A stretch of DNA of 64,000 nt, taken from assembly GCF_006345805.1 (NCBI RefSeq), contig NC_042997.1, positions 97,526,001-97,590,000 of the forward strand, read 5' to 3'. Below, piece after piece: positions 53,897-64,000 of the stretch; the first letter of the stretch is position 1; each line of letters begins with the position of its first letter. Source of the DNA: Octopus sinensis. Lineage: Eukaryota. The translations under genes and the position numbers were made by a program. Under the pieces are notes generated by a model that had not been told where the DNA came from, searched no databases, and worked only from the letters and a program-made list of their open reading frames with translations.

Positions 53897-54295
53897 CATC
53901 ATCATCATCATCATTTAGCGTCCGCTTTCCATGCTAGCATGGGTTGGACGGTTCAACTGAGGTCTGTGAAGCCAGAAGGCTGCATCAGGCCCAGTCTGAT
54001 ATGGCAGTGTTTCTACGGCTGGATGCCCTTCCTAACGCCAACCACTCCGTGAGTGTAGTGGGTGCTTTTTACGTGCCACCCGCACAGGTGCCAGACGGAG
54101 CTGGCAAACGGCCACGGACGGATGGTGCTTTTTACGTGCCACCGGCACGGGGCCAAGCGAGGCTGGCAACGGACACGAACGGATGGTGCTTTTTACGTCC
54201 ACCGGCACGAGGCCAGTCTGGGCGGCGCTGGCAACGGCCACATTCGGATGGTTTTCTTACGTGCCACCGGCACTGGTAACTCAGCTGAAATTTCC
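53897..54295 (-). mobile_element. (GAT)n-tailed retroposon 3' part with four tandem repeats of about 60 bp
   Basis: Tail GGCGTTAGGAAGGGCATCCAGCCGTAG...(GAT)n; unit GGTGCTTTTTACGTGCCACCGGCAC. Confidence 0.7.
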
Positions 54296-54317
54296 ATTGA
54301 TCGATTTCGATTCTGAT

Positions 54318-54362
<45 letters not shown>

Positions 54363-54374
54363 TTGTGTGTGTGT

Positions 54375-54697
54375 ATGTAAAAAAATACAAACTGGGACAG
54401 GAACGCAAAACATTTAGAAGACGATACAAAAAACACGGACGGGACATTCGAAGCCTTCAATCTTCAGTCAAGAACCGGATCATCTTCGCAATTTTGACTG
54501 ATTATAAAATACGAAATGGGACAAGAACGCAAGACATCCGGACAACTAGATGATGCAAAAAGGGACAACAAAACATCCAGATAGACGAAACAAAGAAAAC
54601 AAGGAGGGGGTCATTCGAAGTTATCTATCTTCAGTCAAGAACCAGATTATCCTCGCAATTTCGTTCTCTCTCTATATGTAAACATACATACATACAT

Positions 54698-54773
<76 letters not shown>

Positions 54774-54858
54774 CGTTAAAGGCACAAAACTGTTATGATT
54801 TTGGGACGATAACTGACGAGGGAAGACCATTCCACGTCTTGTGTGCGATATATGTATG

Positions 54859-54921
<63 letters not shown>

Positions 54922-55150
54922 TAATAAATAAAATATATGCATACATACAAACATATATGTACGTACCTACATCTACATGTATATATACATGCATATATAA
55001 ATATATATATTCGTGAGTACAGGATACCACAACTAGACGTAGAACTCAACGAGAAACGAAAACGGAAAAAACATTTTTTTACAACAGAAAAAACAGAGTA
55101 CAGGACATACAACACAAGGAAAAATCCCCTTCATCAGCTGTCAGTAGTTA
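54375..55150. repeat. Cluster of short microsatellite-flanked repeats with hammerhead-like relics (possible Penelope-like termini)
   Basis: Related units at 54388-54505 and 54509-54665; CTGACGA at 54813; CTGATGA at 55137 on the minus strand. Confidence 0.4.
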
Positions 55151-55294
55151 TATATATATTGCCATTTTTGTTTGGAATTTAAAATTCCCCTTTGAACAAT
55201 TTATGAGAACAGTAGGTTTTAATAGCATTAATGACCGAAATCTGTCACCAGAGGCACCTCAATTTATGTTCAATCCAATTTCACGTATCAAGAT

Positions 55295-55348
<54 letters not shown>

Positions 55349-55780
55349 TGCGTGTGTGTCTGCGTGCGTGTGTGCGTGTGCGTGCGCGTGCGTGTTTGTA
55401 TGTATGTATATGTAAATAATCTATATGTTTAATATAACCAATAGACATTATAATGGAACAAGCTAGACAAAACTTATAGGTAATTGTTACCGTCAATAAT
55501 GATATAAAATACATTTATTTGACTATATTACAAGGGCATTGACGCAAGTGAAATATAATAGCCCCAGTTTTGATCTGAAATTGGATCGCGCTTTCATTAA
55601 ATATCACTCTCATAGTTTGCAACGCTTGGCATAATGGGTAACTATTTTAATGGTACAGCGAGGTTTTGATCATCTGGAATTACTAATATAAACCTGCGTC
55701 TCAGATTGCTGCTTTTCTCAGTCAACAGATATTTTTAAAACACTGGATATCTTTCTGAAGTAAGGGAAACGGTATATTTT

Positions 55781-56015
55781 AAGGCGGCGAGCTGGCAGAA
55801 ACGTTAGCACGCCGGGCGAAATGCTTAGCGGTATTTCGTCTGCCGTTACGTTCTGAGTTCAAATTTCGCCGAGGTCGACTTTGCCTTTCATCCTTTCGGG
55901 GTCGATAAATTAAAGTACCAGTTACGTACTGCGGTCGATGTGATCGACTTAATACCTATGTCTGTCCTTGTTTGTCCCCTCTATGTTTAGCCCCTTGTGG
56001 GTAATAAAGAAATAG
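55781..56015 (+). mobile_element. Full-length Meta-like SINE
   Basis: Consensus; TSD GGTATATTTT. Confidence 0.9.
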
Positions 56016-56090
56016 GTATATTTTGACAGCCATATCTTTCCACAAGACAGAAATTATTGAGTCAAGTGACTTGATTTCAAATCGTAGCCG

Positions 56091-56265
56091 TACGAAGGGG
56101 TGCTGAAAAGTTCCTGACTTTGGGTAAAAGAAAATACAAGAGGATTAGTTCATTATGATTTTAGTCAACATATTCCCCTCTCAGATTCACACACTTATTT
56201 GTAAAAGAACTCGGAAGCCTGGGCCTCTTGCCAGGCCTTTTGCGATACCCTTAAATCCAGGAACA
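56091..56265. mobile_element. Mariner-type non-autonomous fragment
   Basis: Terminus TACGAAGGGGTGCTGAAAAGTTCC. Confidence 0.55.
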
Positions 56266-56500
56266 AATTTCTTTTTGTTCAAACGTTTTCGCTACAGATA
56301 TTTGTAAAAAGTAGTCCTCTGTGTATCGTACTTTTGTGTATATAAAGTGTTGATAGGCCAGTTATTGCAGTATCTGTCTAGAGATGACATCTTTATGGAT
56401 GTGCTGTTTTATAAACTCAACACGTCCATAAAAGAATGCTATCTCTACATGTTTCAGTTAGTTTAACAGTGACGATTATTACTATTATCATTATTATCTA

Positions 56501-57140
56501 CGCGCATCTCGGTCCTCAGCTGACGGCACTTCCGTGCCTGTGAAGTTTATCTCGAACGGGGAGCTTTGCCTGTTCGAGATAAACTTTACAGGCACAGGAC
56601 GACGAGACGGTCCTACATGCACTCGTCCAGTGCCCGAGCATTGCTGACCTATGGGTTTATGTTGAACATCTGCTGTCGCATGTGGGATGGATCCGGCTAT
56701 CAACTGAATTCATCGTGAAGATCGTCCCGCCGCCTTCCTTTAACCGGGAAGAAAAGGCTGTTTTTGTATGCCTGGTGACCATGGCGAAAGAGGTTGTATG
56801 GCAGGCGAGATTGAAGGGGCTGAAGAGAAACACTTTTCTCTTCGGCCAATCCCTGATCAACTTCTTCAAGTTTCACTTGAAAAGTTAAATAAAGGTAGAC
56901 AGGGAAGTGTCGTCTTCTAGTCAGTTTGCTGAGAGGTGAATGAAAGTGGCGAGAATAGTGCGGGTGAACGGGCCTGCTCTGAGCATACGCCTGTAGTTGG
57001 AAAAAAAAGGAAAGAAAAAGGCGCCAAAGTCAGGGTACCCATGGTTTTTTATGGGGTTTTTCCATGAGCAGTCTTCGAACGTTTCCTCCCTACTGAGGAT
57101 TATACAGTGTTGATTTCTTTCTTTTTTTTATAATTTTGTT
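56501..57140 (+). mobile_element. Tx1-like LINE 3' fragment with 5' inversion
   Basis: DETVLHALVQCP and FVCLVTMAKEVVWQARLKG are homologous to 12600-12930; 3' UTR runs into (CT)n(AT)n. Confidence 0.8.
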
Positions 57141-57142
57141 AA

Positions 57143-57197
<55 letters not shown>

Positions 57198-57564
57198 TTA
57201 CCGTTCCGATAAGGTTAAATCAACAGAAAACGTACTCCATCCAGTGAGAGATAAACATCATTTAATGTCAGGAGTATAAAGGTACAAGCTACTAATACTT
57301 TCTTGTGTTGGAAACGCGGGTCTAGGTAGGTTTTTATAACATGTATTGTACCTTTCCCATGAAACCCTTTTCGTTTTTTTTTTTCTCGTGATTTCTCTTG
57401 TACAAAGTTCCTGATTTGCAAATGTGGTCAGAGTATTAAGGTTGCTTTGAGACGCACAGCGTGTTAAAAAAACCTGCCTAGACACGCGTCTCCAAAGTAA
57501 AAACTGTTAGCAGCTCGTATCTTTATACTGTGTACATTAAATGATTACACACACACACACACAT

Positions 57565-57770
57565 GTCTTTTAATTATTTCAGTCATTTGACGGCAGCCAT
57601 GCTGGACCACTGCCCTAAAGGGTTTTAGTCGAAGAAATCAACTCCAGGACTTATTCTTTGTGAGCCTAATACTAATTCCATCGGCCTCTTTTGCCGAACC
57701 GCTAAGTTATGGGGACGTAAACACACCAACATTGATTGTTAAGCGATGGTAAGACACATACACACATAAA
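57565..57770 (-). mobile_element. CORE-type SINE 3' half
   Basis: Family match. Confidence 0.7.
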
Positions 57771-57805
57771 TAAATAAATACATATATATATATAAAGAAA
57801 ACATA

Positions 57806-57853
<48 letters not shown>

Positions 57854-57859
57854 ATATAT

Positions 57860-58255
57860 ATCTTTATATATAAAAGTAAGGTTGTGTGTCTGTCTCCTAC
57901 GATTTAGATTCCTAACTACTCCCACATTTTGCGGTGCAGTTTAACCAAAACCGGGTATCTTATAGTCGTGATATCGAGCCCTTCTAGGTATTAGCGCGCG
58001 TCTACGATGAGTCTACGATTTAAAAAAAAAATTTACCATAATTTTTTTCCATTTTAATGCATTTTTTCGCTATTATATAAGAGAAGTAACTCTCTAAAAG
58101 TGTCTACGATGAGTCAACGATTTAAAAAAAATTTACCATAATTTTTTTCCATTTTTAATGCATTTTTTTTGCTATCTTTTGGCTATAACTCTCTAAAAAT
58201 GCTTATATAGTTATTTCCCTTACAAACCCGAGCAACGCCGGGCGATACTGCTAGT
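57860..58255 (+). mobile_element. Non-autonomous Helitron/HINE-like element
   Basis: ATCTTTATATATAAAAG start; hairpin CCCGAGCAACGCCGGG then CTAGT. Confidence 0.8.
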
Positions 58256-58268
58256 ATATGTATATATA

Positions 58269-58430
58269 AAGAAAACAGAAAATCAAGAAATATTGATGAA
58301 CCACAATTGACGTACATCAATTATCATTTATTAATTCAATAGACTGCAGTCCATTTGTATTGAATTAATAAATAATAATTGATGTAAGTGAATTGTTGTT
58401 CATCATTACTTCTCCATTTTCTGTTTTCTT
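58269..58430. other. AT-rich hairpin with arms of about 73 bp
   Basis: Direct pairing around the 16-nt loop GACTGCAGTCCATTTG. Confidence 0.8.
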
Positions 58431-58600
58431 TAAATTTTGATTCTTGATAAACTCATGTTTATCCTTGTCTTTACCTATAATTTATGAGCATAATATGCTT
58501 GCATACGCATTCCCATGATTAAACGTAGGTAATATACCACCGGTAGTGTAATGGATGCTTCTATCCCTTAGACGGTTATTTTAACCTCTAACTCAGCTAA

Positions 58601-58641
<41 letters not shown>

Positions 58642-58643
<2 letters not shown>

Positions 58644-59035
58644 TAGCAGTATCGCCCGGCGTTGCTCGGGTTTGTAAGGGAAATAACTATATAAGCATTT
58701 TTAGAGAGTTATAGCCAAAAAATAGCAAAAAAATGCATTAAAAATGGAAAAAAAATTAAGGTAAATTTTTTTTAAATCGTTGACACATCGTAGATATTTT
58801 TAGAGAGTACTTCCCTTATATAAAAGCGAAAAAAATGCATTAAAATGGAAAAATATGATGGTAATTTTTTAAAATCGTAGACTCATCGTAGACGCGCGCT
58901 AATACCCAGAAGGGCTCGATATGAATCTCGACTATAAGATACCCGCTTTTGGTTAAACTGCACCGCAAAATGTGGGAGTAATTACGAATGTAAATCGAAG
59001 GGGACAGACACACAACTTCACTCTTATATAAAGAT
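58642..59035 (-). mobile_element. Second copy of the same Helitron/HINE-like family, inverted
   Basis: Reverse complement of 57860-58255 over the full length, with scattered differences. Confidence 0.8.
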
Positions 59036-60000
59036 GATTTTTTTTTCAGTCATAGAGTTAGATTTATGAAGGTCTTCAGTAGAAAATCCTTCGAATTCTG
59101 ACTCGCTGCTTGATATAATGAAATTCGTATCCATTTTTTGTCAGAATTACAAATTTTGAAACACACATAGGAACAAATTCGGAAAAAAATCTCCCATAAT
59201 TCACGGAATTAAAATTACAACATTCGATTTTTGTACAAAACTGTATTTGAAGTGTTTACGAAGTATAATACGTGTTTTCACGAATGTACTAAAGAGATTT
59301 ACTCTGATATTCTCATTTAAATATGAATAGGTAAATTCAGGCGGTTTGGTAACGAAAGGGTTATATAAGTGTCGTCTGTTATACATAAACACTGTTTCAT
59401 AGTTTCAGTTTAGTCTTCCTCAAATCACTGTCGCTAATTTACTCTCTTCCAAGAACATTTTCACTCACTGTTATCTGTTAGCTTCCCATACATTTTACTC
59501 ATGTATCTATCAGCGTGATAGACAGAAAAACAATTTACATTTACTTTCATTTATTCGTTGCCCACTGTGTGTGTGCGTTTGCGTGTGGTGTAAACCAGAC
59601 TAAGAAAAGCATTTGACACACACACCAGAATGTGAGTTTTCTGTAAATTTTGCTTAATTGGAGTTTAAATTTTAAAAACTGGACCTGGCATGACGCGATG
59701 CGTTGTACTCTTAAAACTGCTAGGTAAATTGTAATTGAAGAAATCCTATATTGTAGATTTCTATAACTCCCAAAGGGAGGCAGATAAAATCTGCCTTTTA
59801 TAATAAGATGTATGTATGTATGTATGTATGTATGTATGTATGTATGTATGTATGTATGTATGTATGTCTCCCCTACTGTCCCTCTCGCGTCTGACCATTG
59901 TCCGAAGTCAGGACGCCATGATAGATCGTTAGCTACTACACGCATTTTTTTCCCTCCTTGTTTTTCTCTCCTTGTTTCTCTCTTTGTTTTTTTCTGTGTA

Positions 60001-60038
60001 TCTTTCTGTCGAAGGGCGTAGGCTCGAAACGTAAAAGA
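60001..60038 (+). ncRNA. Minimal type-I hammerhead-like motif with a non-canonical core
   Basis: UCUUU-CUGUCGA-A-GGGC/GCUC-GAAA-CGU-A-AAAGA; perfect 5-bp helix I; A6 replaced by U. Confidence 0.5.
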
Positions 60039-60126
60039 CTTTTTCTATTCCTGAGCGCTATACTAATACATTTGTTTGTTAGTACTCCACCTGCCTTCGT
60101 ATTTTGTTTATTTTCGCAAACTTTCC

Positions 60127-60167
<41 letters not shown>

Positions 60168-60228
60168 CATACTTTACTTATTCCACGTCCTCGCATTGTT
60201 GATTTTTCTTGCTTGTTCATGTTTGGAT

Positions 60229-60277
<49 letters not shown>

Positions 60278-60477
60278 GAGGAGCTTCTTTCAGTTTCCAT
60301 ATACGAAATCCACTCGGCCGAGGCAATAGTAGAAGACACTTGCCCAAGGTGCCACGCAATATATAAAAATTCTTTATGGAAACACCATATAACACTATAA
60401 ATAAAGTATGCAGATATTGCGTTGAAAAAGTTGGACAGAAAAAGTTGAAGGTAGGTTGCCTGTTTATAAATTCTTAT

Positions 60478-60868
60478 GAGGCTCAGGAGTGGCTGTGTGG
60501 TAAGTAGCTGGCTTACCAGCCACATGGTTCCGGGTTCAGTCCCACTGCGTGGCACCTTGGGCAAGTGTCTTCTACTATAGCCTTGGGCCGACCAAAGCCT
60601 TGTGAGTGGATTTGGTGGACAGAAACTGAAAGAAGCCCGTCGTATATATGTATATGTATATGTATATATATGTGTGTTTGTGTCTGTGTTTGTCCCACCA
60701 ACATCGCTTGACAACAGCTGGTGTGTTTATGCTCTTGTTACTTGGCAAATGAGACCGATAGAATAAGTACCAGGCTTACAAAGAATAAGTCCCGGGGTCA
60801 GTTTGCTCAACTAAAGGCGGTGCTTCAGCATGGTCGCAGTCAAATGACTGAAACAAGTAAAAGAGTAT
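60478..60868 (+). mobile_element. CORE-type SINE
   Basis: Family consensus. Confidence 0.85.
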
Positions 60869-60896
60869 GTCTACAATATATGATGTGATGTGTGTG

Positions 60897-60943
<47 letters not shown>

Positions 60944-60989
60944 TGGGCTTCTGCACAGTTTCTGTCAATTAAATTTATTTCACAATATA

Positions 60990-61213
60990 CTTATTTCTTT
61001 ACTACCCACAAGGGGCTAAACACAGAGGGGACAAACAAGGACAGACATAGGTATTAAGTCGATTATATCGACTCCAGTGGGTAACTGGCACTTAATTTAT
61101 CGACCCCGAAAGGATGAAAGGCAAAGTCGACCTCGGCGGAATTTGAGCTCACAACGTAACGGCAGACGAAATACCGCTAAGCATTTCGCCCGGCGTGCTA
61201 ACGTTTCTGCCGA
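60990..61213 (-). mobile_element. Meta-like SINE
   Basis: Family consensus; extreme 5' end lost. Confidence 0.85.
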
Positions 61214-61799
61214 CCCAAAGCTACAAAACGCATTTTTTCCCCGATACGGTATAGTGATATCGAATCCGGTAGTACGGTCGCGAAGCAAACTTCTTAACTA
61301 CACTGCTAAACCTGCGCCTATGCTGCATCACATTTTCGATATAATACTTTGAAATTCATTATCAATCTTAGATTTTAATTTCATTTTAGATTAATACATT
61401 ATGACAGGAAATTACTTTCCGTCTCATCATATAAACAGTTTGCTTTCATCTAGCCAAAGAAGCGGCGAGGAAGGTTGAAAATGCCAAGATCCTGGTTAGC
61501 AGCGGCTATGAGTTAGTTTCAATCACCGGTTGAAGCCAGTTCTCTTCAGTTATTTTGCAAATACTCATGAAAAAAGCATAAACATTGTAGCATAATCTTC
61601 ATTCTTCTTATTAAATATTATAAAGATAAAAACAGGTTGCTTCGTAACTTAGTAATAAATCAATATTAAAGAAGAAAAATGTTTTAGGAGAATATCTCGC
61701 ATGTCAGGTGTTTGTCCTTGAACAAGCTTATCACTTGATACAAAGCAAGTGTTCACGTGGAAAAGAGAACAACTGCCGGATACATTACGACCATTGTGT

Positions 61800-61840
<41 letters not shown>

Positions 61841-61980
61841 TATTTCCTACAAAAGACGGATTCCCCTTAAAAAAATGACCCAGCAGTGACTAAACTCAGA
61901 ATTATTATATTCTAGCAAATCTGCCCATCTACGATGGAGGCATAAGATGAGAGAGGGAAGTCATAACTGCAGTTTGTTTG

Positions 61981-62575
61981 AGAAATGTGAAAATGGACTT
62001 GATAGATATATAATGTAATAGATATAATGTGATAGAAATGTGAAAATGGACTTGATAGATATAATGTAATAGATATAATGTGATAGAAATGTGAAAATGG
62101 ACTTGATAGATATAATGTAATAGATATAATGTGATAGAAATGTGAAAATGGACTTGATAGATATAATGTAATAGATATAATGTGATAGAAATGTGAAAAT
62201 GGACTTGATAGATATATAATGTGATAGAAATGTGAAAATGGATTTGATAGATATATAATGTAATAGATATAATGTGATAGAAATGTGGAAATGGACTTGA
62301 TAGATATAATGTAATAGATATAATGTAATAGAAATGTGAAAATGGACTTGAAAGATATATAATGTGATTGATATAATGTGATAGAAATGTGAAAATGGAC
62401 TTGATAGATATAACGTGATAGAAATGTGAAAATGGACTTGATAGATATATAATGTGATAGAAATGTGAAACTGGACTTGATAGATGTATAATGTGATAGA
62501 AATGTGTAAATGGACTTGATAGATATAATATGATACAAATGTGTAAATGGACTTGATAGATATATAATGCGATTT
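61981..62575. repeat. Minisatellite, about 14 units of 38-53 bp
   Basis: GAAATGTGAAAATGGACTTGATAGATAT(AT)AATGT(AATAGATATAATGT)GATA. Confidence 0.95.
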
Positions 62576-62904
62576 CTTAGAGAAATCACATAATTGCTGG
62601 TGATACAGCACTCTATTGCATTCTATATAACATATGTTTGCGACTGACATGTGATAACGATTCACTCCTGAACTGAAATAAGCTCCCAGCCACTGTATCA
62701 TGAATGGTTATGTGGACCACTCCTAATGAAAGCCAGAGCTTCCTTCGACCACTACATAAAAAGTATTAAGAAAATATGTTATTTAGATATACTTTTATTT
62801 TAGTTGTTTACACTATTTCACGCTTGTTTATACTCTTATACATTCAAAGTTCACAAATCTCTTTATTTAAATTATGAATTATATTCCTTTCGATAATATC
62901 AATA

Positions 62905-63603
62905 TGATTACAAAACTTCTTTGTAGACGATATTTTCTGTTTGATCGACACTAATTTTCAAATTACTGGAATCCGTTACTCTGCTCTTAGCGACGTATAG
63001 CTGGCCGTGTGTAAACATCGGAATGGGTAAAAATACACCTACATGATCTAAAGTCTGGCCTTGTGTCTTGTTTGCCGTGAATGCGTGAGCGGAATCTTTA
63101 GGGTTGCAAAAAATCAAACTAAGACATACCTCTCACTGTTCTATGCGAATAATATCTGGATGTTCTGGTACTAAGGGTTATTTTGATTGACAAAACTGAG
63201 ATGTAAACAACAGCCGTTTCGAATCCTGTTCAAGACTGATGCACTTCAATAACCACTAAATAACACATTATATACTGACACACACGTTTTCCATTTTATT
63301 TTCGCTATTAACCGTCCTCGCGACCCCCTTCGTATCTACAATGGGGCCACGAACTATACGATGAAAATCCAGAGTTACTTGTGGTCGATGATTTTTTAAT
63401 AAAAATGTGATGGTGGTTTATCAATTCAAAAATCGATATCCATGAAATAATCAAACTTTCTGATTTTTAAATGCTAAAAACCTTCCTGACGATCGTCTTT
63501 GTAATTCCGAAAAATATCGTAACCATTGGTCCAGCCGTCTGGTCGTGAAGAGGGAACAAAGAGATGAACAGACGGACGGACATAACGCCCATTATAGTAA
63601 GAT
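62905..63603 (-). mobile_element. Helitron deletion derivative: 5' terminus plus PIF1-type helicase C-terminal remnant
   Basis: AFTANKTQGQTLDHVGVFLPIPMFTHGQLYVAKSRV...TENIVYKEVL*; ATCTTACTATAAT terminus at 63603 in the same orientation. Confidence 0.85.
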
Positions 63604-64000
63604 TGTTTTGTGTTCTGTGATGCGTGCCAGCTCGCCGCTCTTCTGAGCGAGTTATCTTGAAACTTGTTTCGTCCTGTTCTCGATCATTACTTCAAGTCTA
63701 TATTAATCTTCAGATATACTTTTCTGTGTATTTTCTTGTGATTGTTTTCTTATCCTTGTGCGACATCTGACCGTCGATTTTGGAAAATATTAAGGACGAG
63801 CAAAACGCCTTCCGTCCAATGGACGGTGCTGAGTTGTCAAACATTTAAACCAAATTTTCTCAAAATAACTTGCCCGACCGTCCCATAGGCCTCCCCTTTG
63901 AGAAACACTGATGTAACCTGGAACACCAGCAAAAGAAGAAATAAGGATAGACTATTTTTCTATTCCAAAGAAAAACGGTTTTATTCACACAAATATGCAA

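Noticed and set aside
54440-54660. Minus-strand CTGAAGA motifs as hammerheads
   Set aside because: They are followed by GAAT rather than GAAA, and no helix I pairing was found.
61981-62575. CRISPR-like array, or the 225/246-aa ORFs over it
   Set aside because: There are no unique spacers and no cas genes; the ORFs are translations of a minisatellite.

Overview
Eukaryotic, AT-rich, repeat-saturated genomic DNA with no prokaryotic features. The SINE types and microsatellite load suggest an octopus or other coleoid cephalopod (inference from recalled family resemblance, not a database match). Most of the window is transposon-derived. It holds about 40 tRNA-headed SINE copies of several modular types, remnants of RTE, Tx1/L1, CRE-like and R4/NeSL-like non-LTR elements, a solo LTR, decayed mariner and hAT transposases, Merlin-, hAT- and Tc1-like MITEs, Helitron-family elements, microsatellites and one minisatellite. 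One plausible host gene lies on the minus strand (about 1.9-3.6 kb, spliced, about 209 aa, unrecognised). Most notable: (1) a 391-bp insertion at 24586-24976 combining a tRNA-like Pol III head, a minimal type-I hammerhead ribozyme fold and a Penelope-style inverted terminal duplication, with further unrelated hammerhead-like motifs at 54.8, 55.1 and 60.0 kb; (2) a SINE whose 3' end matches both its target sites and an internal site of itself, giving multimers with an identical junction; (3) long fold-back structures that could form dsRNA. All family assignments come from manual reading and translation; many boundaries are approximate.
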